A stretch of 64,000 nt of DNA from Candidatus Palauibacter poriticola (GCA_012270965.1 JAAXHJ010000044.1:18311-82310), one strand, 5' to 3'. Positions 11,217 through 21,249 are shown, counted from the first letter of the stretch. Notes: generated by a model not told the origin, from the sequence alone. Made by a program: numbers and translations.

Positions 11217-12401
11217 TCACTTCAGAATCTCATACTTGACGACATACGAAATGTCCATCTCATCGGTCTCTACGATCCAGCACTCCGTCTCCGTAGCGGA
11301 TACAACGCGCGACGCTGCCGGAAGCCTGACTCTTCCAATCGTTGCCCCACTCCGATCAAGGACGAGCCACTCGGCTTCTCCGCTTCCATCGTCGGCCTGG
11401 CCCAACCACGTCGTCCCATCGCCTCCCGCCAACAGTCGTGTCACTGGCGGAAAGTACCGGCGTGTCTCAAAGAATTCTCTCACAGCGCCCGCGTGGGCCG
11501 CGCGATCGACGACCGAGTTCGACGTGAGCATGTTCTGTATTCGGTCGTCGAAAAAATCCTCGGGCACGCTCCGCGGCCGATATGCTACACTTCGATCGAA
11601 AACTGTGTCTCCAGCTGCTGAAAGGCGTGTAACCTGAAACTCCGGCGTCCCGGCGCCATTCCAACTACGTCGATTCACCACAACCGCCGCGGCTCCATCC
11701 GGTGCCAAGTCGATCAAATCCCCCTGAGGAAGGGGCGTCGACAAAAACATGATCGAGTTCGACTGCAATCCCGCCGTTATCTCGGCAATTTCTCCTTCCC
11801 GCGACAGCACCGCCAACGTGTCACGCACCGCACCGCTTGCATCCGAAACCGGAAGCACGACGAACGGTGTGAGCCCGCGAGCAATCGCGTGACTCCCGGT
11901 CTCGGGATACCCCACGATTCCTCCATCCGCCAAAACCGCCCACGGACCCCAGCTGAACACATCGTACGCCGCTTCAAACGGTTGCGCATACGGTACCGTC
12001 TTCACACCGCCGTTGTCGACATCGAAGAAAGTGACACGCCTTGCATTCCAGTCACTCACCCACAGTTCGGAACTGTACCATCCCATGAGCAGAGGCGCAA
12101 TGAATTCTCCCGGTCCGCCCCCGCGACGCCCAAGAGTCTGGGCGAATCGGCCACGGTGATCGAAAACCACAACGGTCCCGTCCTGTGGTTGCAATATATA
12201 TACGTGATTCTGATCCACCAGAACCGTGCCCACTCTCGTGAGCGCCGACGATGGGTCGTCTACGCTTCCGATCGTCACGCCGCGACGGAGCGACCATTCG
12301 GACACCATGGCTGGCGGGGCGGTGTCCGTCCCACACCCACTCCAGGTCAACCACGCAGCCAGCACGCCCGTCGGCCACCTCATGACCCGGCCGATACTCA
12401 T
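11217..12401 (-). CDS. Propeller-family lipoprotein (NHL-like / six-bladed).
   Basis: Lipoprotein signal ...AAWLTWSGCGTD. GRRGGGPGEF and SSELWVSDWNARRVTFFD motifs. The C-terminus is ...ISYVVKYEILK. The start ATG overlaps the upstream stop (ATGA at 12398-12401). Confidence 0.65.
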   Translation of the reverse strand: MSIGRVMRWPTGVLAAWLTWSGCGTDTAPPAMVSEWSLRRGVTIGSVDDPSSALTRVGTVLVDQNHVYILQPQDGTVVVFDHRGRFAQTLGRRGGGPGEFIAPLLMGWYSSELWVSDWNARRVTFFDVDNGGVKTVPYAQPFEAAYDVFSWGPWAVLADGGIVGYPETGSHAIARGLTPFVVLPVSDASGAVRDTLAVLSREGEIAEITAGLQSNSIMFLSTPLPQGDLIDLAPDGAAAVVVNRRSWNGAGTPEFQVTRLSAAGDTVFDRSVAYRPRSVPEDFFDDRIQNMLTSNSVVDRAAHAGAVREFFETRRYFPPVTRLLAGGDGTTWLGQADDGSGEAEWLVLDRSGATIGRVRLPAASRVVSATETECWIVETDEMDISYVVKYEILK

Positions 12402-12895
12402 ATTCGAATGCGTATCGTGCTGGCAAAAATCGCTTGCGCCTCGCTCGCCGAGTACCGGCGAGCGATGATTCCTCCGTCGCAGCGCCGCCGCATGATCGAG
12501 GCAGGAACCAGATCATTACGGATCATCTCCGCGTACCGCGCGTCCAGGTCCGATCCGTAGACCGCAGGCACGGTACCTACGGAACTCGCGTGTGAATAGC
12601 CGAGGGGCACTGATCCGTCCGTCCCGTCGGGACGAAGTCGCCCATCTAACATTACGACGCTGCCGAGACAGAATTGACCGCCGACCTCGCAACGTTCGCA
12701 CTCCGGCGTCGTACAGTAGTCATCCAGACCCCAGAGTGCGTTGTGGACGCAGTAATTACACTCTACCGCGCTTCCATCGGCCGGTCCGGGGCCGGACGTA
12801 CACCAAAAGCACTGCGCCACTGCGGGTGCTGCGACCCCCGCCCCGGCCAGAATAGCAAGGCCAAGACTCAGCATGACGAATCGTGAGCGTGTCAT
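12398..12895 (-). CDS. Small secreted cysteine-rich protein (165 aa, 9 Cys).
   Basis: Signal peptide MTRSRFVMLSLGLAILAGAGVAAPAVAQ, then CFWCTSGPGPADGSAVECNYCVHN...C.. It is a paralog of 1197..1709. It has ATGA overlaps with both flanking propeller genes. Confidence 0.55.
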   Translation of the reverse strand: MTRSRFVMLSLGLAILAGAGVAAPAVAQCFWCTSGPGPADGSAVECNYCVHNALWGLDDYCTTPECERCEVGGQFCLGSVVMLDGRLRPDGTDGSVPLGYSHASSVGTVPAVYGSDLDARYAEMIRNDLVPASIMRRRCDGGIIARRYSASEAQAIFASTIRIRI

Positions 12896-13983
12896 CGTTC
12901 TTCTCCTGCGCTTCCGGTTGAGTCTGGGACGCGTTCCCAGGAATACTTTACAAGCTCCGTATTATTCAACGTCCGGATGGCCAGTACGACGGGACCGATG
13001 GTAGCACTATCGACGAGCCCAAAGGCGGCGTCGACCGTCGTATATCGTGCGAATCGGCCGTTTGAGTTGAACCAAAGCAACAGCCGCTGGTCCGTCCCCC
13101 GGTGCGCCATGGTTTGAGCATAGCCCGGCCCGATGGCGACGACGGAGGTCGTATTCCAAATCCCTGGATCGAGATGCAAGGACCTGGCGATGTTGTTGTC
13201 GAACCAGTCGCCCGTGACCTGTTGGAACTTCACGGGCGGCTGATCCGTGACGCCGCCAATGCGCCATACGCGAAAGGGATTGAAACTCTGCCACACGAGC
13301 GCGTCGTGTCCGTTAGCGGAGAGTGCGATGCTCCCTGCGTAGGTCGAGTCGGGAATCCAGGCGTCTTGGCCGTCGGGCATTTGGACGCGTGGCGGCGAAA
13401 GGTCCGAGGACGCAAGAAACCAGCCGGACGTGGTCCGCGCTGCAATATCGGCTTTCGCTGCGCCGGGCAGACTCTGTCGGGCAACTACGTTTCCCGCCGT
13501 GTCCGCCACAACCAGGTCAGCTCCGCCGCCATCGATGATTTCGAGCGTGGTCGCATCCAAGAACGCGACGCCGATCGCTTGCCCGACATGCTGGGTAAGT
13601 ACGTCCTTGCCAATGGATCCACGGTAAACGCGGATCCCCGGAGTACTATTGAACCAAGCAACGATCAACTCTCCCGAAGGTGACAAGACCGCGCCCCGTA
13701 GCAGTCTCCCGTCTGGTATCGTGACGCTCGACTGCTCGGTCAACTCGATTGAAGGGCGTGACCACCGAGCATCACTTGACTGCCCGAGTTCCGTCGCAGG
13801 TGACACGGTTCCGTGTGGGGTCGGTTCGGCGGATGAGCGGCCGGGATGGGCGAGGAGTAGCAGGGCAACTGAAAGGATCTTAACGATCTGGCAGCATCGC
13901 CGCCGTCCGCGGACGGGTGGAGCTGTCCCGCCTTCACGGACGATTGATTTCCGCGGTTGAACCCGGCCCGTGTTGTTCCCCAC
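12892..13983 (-). CDS. Secreted propeller-family protein (intact paralog). Proposed GTG start at 13983; the start is uncertain.
   Basis: Signal-peptide-like RGRRRCCQIVKILSVALLLLAHPGRSSAEP. The body is homologous to 2070..2810 plus 1741..2073. The 5' 590 nt of the track ORF (to 14574) is Arg/Ser-rich junk that overlaps the IS remnant. Confidence 0.55.
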   Translation of the reverse strand: MGNNTGRVQPRKSIVREGGTAPPVRGRRRCCQIVKILSVALLLLAHPGRSSAEPTPHGTVSPATELGQSSDARWSRPSIELTEQSSVTIPDGRLLRGAVLSPSGELIVAWFNSTPGIRVYRGSIGKDVLTQHVGQAIGVAFLDATTLEIIDGGGADLVVADTAGNVVARQSLPGAAKADIAARTTSGWFLASSDLSPPRVQMPDGQDAWIPDSTYAGSIALSANGHDALVWQSFNPFRVWRIGGVTDQPPVKFQQVTGDWFDNNIARSLHLDPGIWNTTSVVAIGPGYAQTMAHRGTDQRLLLWFNSNGRFARYTTVDAAFGLVDSATIGPVVLAIRTLNNTELVKYSWERVPDSTGSAGEER

Positions 13984-14032
13984 AACCCCTCTCGCGTGGC
14001 CGGGAGAGGTGGGTGCGCACCGCCGGCCCGCC

Positions 14033-14611
14033 TCAGGCCGCATGGAGGCTCTCGTAGTCGGCCGGCGACTCGTAGCCGAGGGCGGAGTGAAGCCGACGCG
14101 TGTTGTGGAAGCCCTCGATGAAGCCGAAGGCCTCGTGCCGGGCCTCCGACGCCGTGCGTAACGAGCGCCTCCGGACGAGTTCGCACTCGGGCGTCGTGAA
14201 GAAGCTCTCGCACAGCGCGTTGCGGTGCGCGTCGCCGACCGAGCCCATCGACCGGGCGATGCCCGCGCCGCGGCAGCGCTCCCCGTCAAGGCGCCGCAGC
14301 TCCGTCGTCGGGCCGTCGCTTCGGAACCCCTCGTCCACGTCCGCCTGCCCGAGCCAGTTCCGGATCGTCGGCTCCGAGAGCTCGAACTCCCGGATCGGTG
14401 AGCCCGGCCCACAACCGGACCGCGCAAGCTCGACCAGCCGTTCCCGGTACTCCGGCAGGTACCGCCCCGCCCTCGCTGCCACGACGCGCCTCCGTGGTTG
14501 GCCCCATGGGAAGGTGCCGGTGAAACCGGGGCAACTCCAGGGCGGAGCATGGCGGGTTTGAACGACACCCTCACTCTCGTGTGCGATTGGCCTCATGGGA
14601 TGCGCACTCAA
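14033..14611 (-). mobile_element. IS3-family transposase remnant: OrfA HTH fused to the extreme C-terminus of OrfB, with the DDE core deleted.
   Basis: RYLPEYRERLVELARSGCGPGSPIREFELSEPTIRNWLGQADVDEG matches the IS3 OrfA HTH. DAHRNALCESFFTTPECELVRRR...EARHEAFGFIEGFHNTRRLHSALGYESPADYE matches the OrfB C-terminal tail. There is an AT-richer patch at about 14605-14650. Confidence 0.7.
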
Positions 14612-14666
14612 GCCAAAAAATCATCAAGAAATAAGGCGTGCAGACGATACCGACCGCATCAGTGTA

Positions 14667-14677
14667 CCCCCCCCCCC
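14667..14677. repeat. Homopolymeric tract C11 (G11 on the minus strand).
   Basis: Read directly from the sequence: agtgtacccccccccccaatcc. Confidence 0.85.
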
Positions 14678-14750
14678 AATCCGGAGTCAACCCTCTTGGT
14701 CCTCGAACCTACGGCGCGGTCAGCGTGCTTCCCTCAAACGCCGCCAAGGG

Positions 14751-15620
14751 CTACGAGAACCGGCGGATCGACTCGGCGACGAGGCGCTGGAAGCCGGGCT
14801 GGGCGAGCTTCGTCGTCTCCAGCACTTCCTCGTGATTCAGCGGTTCGTCAAGCACGCCCGCCGCGTAGTTGGTGAGGCATGAGACGGCGACGCAGCGGAT
14901 GCCGAGGGCGCGCGCCGCGATGACCTCCGGCACCGTCGACATGCCGACGGCATCGGCACCGAGCCGCCGCAGCATGCGGATCTCGGCCGGGGTCTCGAAG
15001 GCGGGGCCGTGCATCGCCGCGTAGACGCCCTCGTGCAGCGTCTGGCCGAGTTCGGTCGCCACACCGAGCACGATCGCCCGCAACTCCCGGTCGTAGGCGA
15101 ACGTCAGGTCGGGGAAGCGATGCTCCGCCCCCACCACGGGACCGATGAGCGGGCTCGTTCCGGTCAGGTTCAGGTGGTCCGAGATCAGCATCAACTCCCC
15201 AGGACGCCAGCCCTCGCGGATCGCCCCGGCCGCGTTCGAGAGGAAGAGGGCCCGGACCCCCAGCACCGCCGCGACCCGCACGTAGAAGGCGACGCGGTCC
15301 GGCGGGCCGCCCTCGTAGAGGTGGACGCGTCCGCTCAGCCCCAGCACCGGCCGGCCACCGAGCATGCCGATGAGGGCGTGGCCAGCGTGCCCGACGACGG
15401 TGGGGCGCGGCCAACCGGGCAGCTCCTCGTACGGCACGCGCAGCGCATCCTCGATCTCCGCACCGAGGCCGCCCAAGCCCGAACCCATGGTGATCGCCGC
15501 GATCGGCGTGTCATCGCCGAGCCGGGTCTCGATGCGCTCCCGCAGCACGCACGCCGCACCCTCGACCTCCGCTCCGATGGCCCTTGGAGCGGGGCGGCCG
15601 GCAACGCTCGGAACCCTCAC
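14751..15620 (-). CDS. Purine nucleoside phosphorylase (PNP/MTAP family). GTG start at 15620 overlaps the nupC stop (GTGA).
   Basis: GSGLGGL, HEGVYAAMHGPAFETPAEIRMLRRLGADAVGMSTVPEVIAA. The long N-terminal extension in the track ORF (to 16805) is spurious and overlaps nupC. Confidence 0.8.
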   Translation of the reverse strand: MRVPSVAGRPAPRAIGAEVEGAACVLRERIETRLGDDTPIAAITMGSGLGGLGAEIEDALRVPYEELPGWPRPTVVGHAGHALIGMLGGRPVLGLSGRVHLYEGGPPDRVAFYVRVAAVLGVRALFLSNAAGAIREGWRPGELMLISDHLNLTGTSPLIGPVVGAEHRFPDLTFAYDRELRAIVLGVATELGQTLHEGVYAAMHGPAFETPAEIRMLRRLGADAVGMSTVPEVIAARALGIRCVAVSCLTNYAAGVLDEPLNHEEVLETTKLAQPGFQRLVAESIRRFS

Positions 15621-17035
15621 GCGAGAACCCCCGCCAGCGTCGCCGTCATCCACGTCGCCACCGTCCCCCCGAGCATCGCGCGCAGGCCGAGCCTCGACAG
15701 GTCCGGGCGGCGGGCGGGGGCGATCCCGCCGATGCCCCCGATCTGGATCGCGATCGAGCTGAAGTTCGCGAAGCCGGTCAGCGCGTACGTACACATGATG
15801 AGCGACTTGTTCGAGAGCTGCAGATCGCCGGCGAGGCCGGCCCCGAGGTTCGTGAAGGCGAGGAACTCGTTCGCGACCATCTTCACCCCGAACAGCGTTC
15901 CGACCTCGACCGCGTCCGCCCAAGGCACCCCGATGAGCCAGGCCACGGGCGCGAAGACCCAGCCGAAGATGCGCTCGAGCGTGATGCCGTCCACGCCGAA
16001 CAGCCCCGTCACCCAGCCGATGATGCCGTTCCCCAAGGCGATGATGGCGAGGAAGGCGAGGAGCATGGCCCCAACGTTCAGGGCGAGCTTCAGCCCGTCC
16101 CCGGCCCCTCCGGCCGCCGCGTCGATCACGTTCGCGTGCGCCCGCGGCGGGTCGACCTCCAGCGTGCCGCGCGTCTCGGGTTCCTCCGTCTCGGGCATGA
16201 GCATCTTGCTCACCACGATCCCCGCCGGCGCCGCCATGATGCTCGCCGCCAGGAGGTGTCCCGCGATCCCCGGAAACACCCCCACGAGGATCGCGACGTA
16301 CGCGGCCAGCGCCCCGCCCGCCACGGTCGCGAAGCCCCCGGTCATCACGGTGTTGAGTTCCGACATCGTCATCCGGTCCACGAAGGGGCGGATGAGGAGA
16401 GGCGCCTCCGTCTGACCGACGAAGATGTTGCCGGCCGCCGAGGTCGTCTCGGCACCGCTCGTCCCGAGGGTCCGCTGCATCGCCCACGCGACGCCGCGCA
16501 CGACGCGCTGCATGAACCCCAGGTGATAGGCGAGGGCCATGAGAGAGGAGAAGAAGATGATCGTCGGCAGGACGCTGAAGGCAAAGTTCGCGCCGATGTT
16601 CACGAACCCGCCCCCGCCCCCGTCCACGGGCGTGGAGCCGTCCACCAGCGACCCGAACACGAACCGCGATCCCTCGTTCGTGTAGCCGATGAGCGCCACG
16701 AACACGTCGTTCACGGTCTCGAAAAAGCCGCGCCCGACGCCGGTCCGGAGGACGAGGAGGGCGAACGCCACCTGAAGCCCGAGCCCCTTGAAGACGAGCG
16801 GCCACGAGATCGACTTACGGTGCGCGGAGCAGAGCCACACCGTCGTGAGCAGAAACACGATCCCGAGCAGGCCCCGCCCCAGGCGGGAGAAGAACGATTC
16901 GTCGATCGCGCCGCCCACCCCCTCGAGTCCCTGCGCCGCCAGCGGAGCCGCGCCGGCGACCAGCACGACGCAGAGGGACGCCGTTGCCGCCGCCGCGGCC
17001 ACGGCGGAGCGGGAGGGATCGCCACGCTGGTACAT
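15617..17035 (-). CDS. nupC: NupC-family concentrative nucleoside transporter.
   Basis: Multi-TM protein with the GIVVSKMLMPETE and SIAIQIGGIGGIAP regions. Start MYQRGD at 17035. The track ORF extension to 19438 is antisense to dnaK. Confidence 0.8.
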   Translation of the reverse strand: MYQRGDPSRSAVAAAAATASLCVVLVAGAAPLAAQGLEGVGGAIDESFFSRLGRGLLGIVFLLTTVWLCSAHRKSISWPLVFKGLGLQVAFALLVLRTGVGRGFFETVNDVFVALIGYTNEGSRFVFGSLVDGSTPVDGGGGGFVNIGANFAFSVLPTIIFFSSLMALAYHLGFMQRVVRGVAWAMQRTLGTSGAETTSAAGNIFVGQTEAPLLIRPFVDRMTMSELNTVMTGGFATVAGGALAAYVAILVGVFPGIAGHLLAASIMAAPAGIVVSKMLMPETEEPETRGTLEVDPPRAHANVIDAAAGGAGDGLKLALNVGAMLLAFLAIIALGNGIIGWVTGLFGVDGITLERIFGWVFAPVAWLIGVPWADAVEVGTLFGVKMVANEFLAFTNLGAGLAGDLQLSNKSLIMCTYALTGFANFSSIAIQIGGIGGIAPARRPDLSRLGLRAMLGGTVATWMTATLAGVLA

Positions 17036-17120
17036 CGGCGCACTCCGGTTGGGGTTCGGGACGACGGGAGCCAAGAACATACCCCGTCGCGGCTTCCGCG
17101 CCACGCTGCGCCTCGCTCCA

Positions 17121-17167
17121 TGCCAATTTGGCACCCCACGTCGGCTTGCGGCTCCGGCGAGTGCCAT
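17121..17167. promoter_or_regulatory. Palindrome TGCCAA-T-TTGGCA followed by GTGCCAT, in the divergent nupC/dnaK intergenic region.
   Basis: Read directly. It does not match CIRCE, and it does not match sigma-54 -24/-12 spacing. Confidence 0.25.
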
Positions 17168-17344
17168 TTTGTCGGGAAAAGGCGGCGGGCGGACAGCCTG
17201 CGGCGCGGCACGGCGATTGCAAGGTGTTTCTTCGTTCGCGGGCGCGCGTTGACGCGTTGAGTTGAAGGAAGGCGCCAACCCGCGGTTCGGACTTGGAGCG
17301 TAACGAGCGGAAACGGCAGACAAGCACAGGCCAAGGACAATCGA

Positions 17345-19291
17345 ATGGGCAAGATCATCGGAATCGATCTCGGGACGACGAACTCGGTCGTCGCGGTAAT
17401 GGAAGGTGGAGACCCCGTCGTCATCCCGAGCGCGGAGGGCGCCCGCACGACGCCCTCGGTGGTCGCCTTCACGAAGGAGGGAGAGCGGCTCGTCGGGCAG
17501 GTCGCCAAGCGGCAGGCCGTCACCAATCCCCTCAACACGGTCGCCTCGATCAAACGCTTCATGGGCCGCAAACGGTCCGAGGTGGGCGAGGAGATGAAGC
17601 TCGTCACCTACGACATCCAGGGCGACAACCAGGACCGCGTCCAAGTCAGGATCCCGCACGCGAACAAGACCTTCACGCCGCCCGAACTTTCGGCCATGGT
17701 GCTGCAGAAGATGAAGCAGACGGCCGAGGACTACCTGGGCCAGGAGGTGACGGAGGCGGTGATCACGGTCCCGGCCTACTTCAACGACGCGCAGCGACAG
17801 GCCACGAAGGACGCTGGCCGCGTGGCCGGCCTCACCGTCCGCCGCATCATCAACGAGCCGACGGCCGCGGCGCTCGCCTATGGCCTCGACAAGAAGTCGG
17901 ACGAGAAGATCGCGGTGTTCGACCTCGGCGGCGGCACCTACGACATCTCCGTGCTCGAACTCGGCGACGGCGTGTTCGAGGTGAAGGCCACCAACGGCGA
18001 CACGCACCTCGGCGGAGACGACTTCGACCAGCGCCTCATCAACTGGCTCGTGGACGAGTTCAAGCGGGACCAGGGGATCGACCTCTCGGCCGACCCGATG
18101 GCCCTGCAGCGCCTCAAGGAGGCGGCGGAGAAGGCGAAGATCGAACTCAGCTCGACGATGCAGACCGACATCAACCTCCCCTTCATCACGGCCGACGCAT
18201 CGGGGCCCAAGCACCTCAACCTCGCCCTCACGCGGGCGAAGTTCGAGCAGCTGGTGGACGACCTGATCCAGCGCACGATTCCGCCCATGGAGAAGGCGCT
18301 GGCGGACGCCGGTCTCTCGGTCGACGAGATCGACGAGGTCATTCTCGTCGGCGGCTCGACCCGAATCCCCAAGATCCAGGCGGTCGTGAAAGACTTCTTC
18401 AACCAGGATCCGCACAAGGGCGTGAACCCGGACGAGGTCGTGGGCATCGGAGCCGCGATCCAGGGCGGCGTGCTCGGCGGCGACGTGAAGGACGTCCTCC
18501 TCCTCGACGTCACGCCGCTCTCGCTCGGAATCGAGACGCTGGGCGGCGTCATGACGTCGCTCATCGAGCGCAACACGACGATCCCCACCAAGAAGTCGGA
18601 GATCTTCTCGACCGCGGAGGACAACCAGAACACGGTCGACATCCACGTGCTCCAGGGCGAGCGGAAGATGGCGAGCGGCAACAAGACGATCGGCCGCTTC
18701 CAGCTCACGGGCATCCCCCCCGCCCCGCGCGGCGTGCCCCAGGTCGAGGTCACCTTCGACATCGACGCGAACGGCATTCTGCACGTGAGCGCGCGGGACA
18801 ATGCGACGGGCAAGGAGCAGAAGATTCGCATCGAGGCGTCTTCGGGGCTCTCCGACGCCGAGATCGAGAGCATGGTGAGGGACGCGGAATCGCACGCGGC
18901 GGAGGACCAGGAGCGGCGCGAGACCGTCGAGGCCCGCAACCGGCTCGACTCTCTCGTCTACCAGACCGAGAAGAACCTCGAGGACTGGAAGGAGTCGCTC
19001 GACGATGCGGACCGGTCCGCGATCGAGGAGACGCTGGAGCGGGGGCGGGCCGCGCTCAAGCAGGACGACACCGGGGAGGTGGCCGCGGCTACCACCGCCC
19101 TCCAGGAAGCGGTCGGCGCGGCGGCGCAGAAGATGTACGCCGCGGCCGGGATGGGGGCCGGCGCCTCGCCGGGCGACATGCCGGGCGCGGGAGAGGGAGA
19201 GGCCGACGTCGAGAGGGAGGCGAACGGCGGCGGGGAGGAGGAAGTCGTGGAGGCGGACTACGAGATCGTCGAGGAGTCCGACGACAAGTAG
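17345..19291 (+). CDS. dnaK: Molecular chaperone DnaK (Hsp70).
   Basis: [22 protein letters not shown] and other canonical Hsp70 motifs throughout. 648 aa. Confidence 0.97.
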   Translation: MGKIIGIDLGTTNSVVAVMEGGDPVVIPSAEGARTTPSVVAFTKEGERLVGQVAKRQAVTNPLNTVASIKRFMGRKRSEVGEEMKLVTYDIQGDNQDRVQVRIPHANKTFTPPELSAMVLQKMKQTAEDYLGQEVTEAVITVPAYFNDAQRQATKDAGRVAGLTVRRIINEPTAAALAYGLDKKSDEKIAVFDLGGGTYDISVLELGDGVFEVKATNGDTHLGGDDFDQRLINWLVDEFKRDQGIDLSADPMALQRLKEAAEKAKIELSSTMQTDINLPFITADASGPKHLNLALTRAKFEQLVDDLIQRTIPPMEKALADAGLSVDEIDEVILVGGSTRIPKIQAVVKDFFNQDPHKGVNPDEVVGIGAAIQGGVLGGDVKDVLLLDVTPLSLGIETLGGVMTSLIERNTTIPTKKSEIFSTAEDNQNTVDIHVLQGERKMASGNKTIGRFQLTGIPPAPRGVPQVEVTFDIDANGILHVSARDNATGKEQKIRIEASSGLSDAEIESMVRDAESHAAEDQERRETVEARNRLDSLVYQTEKNLEDWKESLDDADRSAIEETLERGRAALKQDDTGEVAAATTALQEAVGAAAQKMYAAAGMGAGASPGDMPGAGEGEADVEREANGGGEEEVVEADYEIVEESDDK

Positions 19292-19429
19292 CCCCTCCGG
19301 CGGCGACGTCTCACCACGCGACCCGGGAGCCCGGATGCATGGGCAACCCCGGGTCGCGCGTCGTTCATCCCAAGGTTCGGCGTTCGGAGGGTCACGGACC
19401 CGGTCTGGCGACCGCCGGTGGAGCGGGAG

Positions 19430-19460
19430 TTGGAGCAACGCCGGCTCGGTTCGCTATATT
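19430..19460 (+). promoter_or_regulatory. Candidate sigma-70-like promoter for htrA (TTGGAG, 18-19 nt spacer, CTATATT).
   Basis: Read from the sequence about 50 bp upstream of the htrA start. Weak. Confidence 0.25.
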
Positions 19461-19507
19461 CGTGCGTCGGGCGTGGAGTCGCGGCCTGAGGAGAGAGAGA
19501 TGGAGAG

Positions 19508-21145
19508 ATGAGCGAAGCGTTGCGTACTCGACTGAACCTGCTGATCGCGACGACGATCGCGTTCGCGTTCGGGGTGGGACTGGCCTCGGTGCTGGATCTG
19601 ACGCCGGTTTCGATCGCGGCGGACACGGACCGCGACCCGGGGTGGGTGGTCGGCGCCCCCTCGCGCGCCGCGGTGACCATGGAAGAAGGCTTCTCCGACG
19701 TGACGCGGCGGGTGGCGCCCGCCGTCGTCACCATCTACCTAACGGCCGAACGAGAGGTGACCGAGGGCCGGTTCCCGCTCGGATTCGAGCCACCGCCGGG
19801 CTTTCAGCTCCCTCCCGGCTTCGAGTTGCCTCCCGGCTATGGACCGCCCTCCGGCGACGAGCCCCCGGCCGAGGATGAGTCGCCCGAGGCCGACCCTCCG
19901 ACGCTAAGGGACTCGTGGAGCGGATCCGGGTTCATCGTCTCGGCGGACGGTTACGTGGTGACGAACAACCACGTCGTTGCGGGCGCCGAGCGCATCGATA
20001 TCGAACTCCACGACGGGCGGGTGTTCGAAGACGTGGAACTCGTCGGACGCGATCCGCAGACCGACGTGGCGCTCCTCAGGCTCGAGGCGGACGACATCGC
20101 CGTCCTGCCGATCGGCTCCAGCGACGCGACGGCCGTCGGAGAGTGGGTACTCGCGATCGGGAGTCCGGGCTTCCGGGCGGTGTCGGGGCCGCTGCTGTCG
20201 TCCGTCACGGCGGGGATCGTCTCCGCCAAGGGACGCAACATCCGCATCCTTCGGAACCGCTCGCCCCTGGCGATCGAGGATTTCATCCAGACGGACGCGG
20301 TCATCAACCGGGGCAACTCGGGGGGTCCGCTCGTGAATGCCGCCGGGGAGGTGATCGGGATCAACACGGCGATCCTCTCGACGGACGGGAATTACCAGGG
20401 GTACGGCTTCGCGGTCCCGATCGAACTCGCGCGCGAGGTCGTCGACGACTTGATCGAGTTCGGAGAGGTCCGGCGGGCGCTGATCGGCGTGTCGATCACC
20501 GATGTCGATGCGGCGGACGCCGCGTTCTACGGACTTGACCGGGTCGGAGGGGCGAAGATCCAGACCTTCTCCTTCGACGACAGCCCGGCGCGGCTGGCCG
20601 GACTGGAAGGCGGAGACGTGATCGTCGGCGTGGCGGGGCAACCGGTCTCCGGCGTCTCGGAACTGCAGCGGCGGATCCGCGCCTTCGAGCCGGGCGAGAC
20701 GGTGGAACTGGACGTTGTGCGCCGCGCCACGCTGGAGCGCGACCGGGCGCGTGTCCGCCTTGTCGGGGCGGAGGACGACTCCCCTCCCCGAGTCGCGTCA
20801 CGTCCCGAGGCGCCCGAACCGACGGGTGACGTCCTCGGTCTCGAGGTCCGGGACGTTGCGGATCTGGCGGCGCGCGAACGTGACCGCTCCGGGATCGACC
20901 CCGGATTCACGGGCGTCCTCGTCGTCGAGGCCGATGCGCGGGGCGCGGTGGGCCGGGCGGGGATCACTCCCCAGGGCGCGCTCATCGTCGACATTAACGG
21001 CGAGGAGGTCCGCACGGCGGGCGACTACGAGCGCATCATCTCCGTGTTCGAGCCGGGCGACGCCGTGAGCCTGCAGTTCAGCTTCCGCACGCGCGACGGG
21101 GGCTGGCAGAACGCGTTCCGGAGCGTCGTGATTCCGGAACGTTGA
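19508..21145 (+). CDS. htrA: HtrA/DegP-family serine protease (trypsin domain plus two PDZ domains).
   Basis: N-terminal TM helix, GSGFIVSADGYVVTNNHVV, GNSGGPLVN and two PDZ-like regions. Confidence 0.85.
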   Translation: MSEALRTRLNLLIATTIAFAFGVGLASVLDLTPVSIAADTDRDPGWVVGAPSRAAVTMEEGFSDVTRRVAPAVVTIYLTAEREVTEGRFPLGFEPPPGFQLPPGFELPPGYGPPSGDEPPAEDESPEADPPTLRDSWSGSGFIVSADGYVVTNNHVVAGAERIDIELHDGRVFEDVELVGRDPQTDVALLRLEADDIAVLPIGSSDATAVGEWVLAIGSPGFRAVSGPLLSSVTAGIVSAKGRNIRILRNRSPLAIEDFIQTDAVINRGNSGGPLVNAAGEVIGINTAILSTDGNYQGYGFAVPIELAREVVDDLIEFGEVRRALIGVSITDVDAADAAFYGLDRVGGAKIQTFSFDDSPARLAGLEGGDVIVGVAGQPVSGVSELQRRIRAFEPGETVELDVVRRATLERDRARVRLVGAEDDSPPRVASRPEAPEPTGDVLGLEVRDVADLAARERDRSGIDPGFTGVLVVEADARGAVGRAGITPQGALIVDINGEEVRTAGDYERIISVFEPGDAVSLQFSFRTRDGGWQNAFRSVVIPER

Positions 21146-21249
21146 TTCGCGAGGCGCCGGGCGGGGCGGGGATTCCTGCTTGCCCCCGTTCCACCCGGTG
21201 CCGAGATTCCCGGCCGATCCCGGCGCTGCGTTCAACCTGGCGGGTTCGC

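Noticed and set aside
13984-14574. N-terminal 190-aa extension of the 12892..14574 ORF.
   Set aside because: It is Arg/Ser-rich junk that overlaps the IS3 remnant in another frame. The real gene begins at the signal peptide (GTG about 13983).
15621-16805. N-terminal extension of the PNP ORF.
   Set aside because: It is low complexity, overlaps nupC, and the PNP homology starts at about 15620.
17100-17345. HrcA CIRCE element or sigma-54 promoter upstream of dnaK.
   Set aside because: TTGGCAC...GTGCCA has a 24-nt spacer, not the 9 nt of CIRCE. The GG-to-GC spacing does not fit -24/-12. A sigma-32-like TTGAA...CCCGCGGT is too weak to call.
15617-19438. 1273-aa minus-strand ORF.
   Set aside because: Only the C-terminal 472 aa (NupC) are genuine. 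The upstream part is antisense to dnaK.
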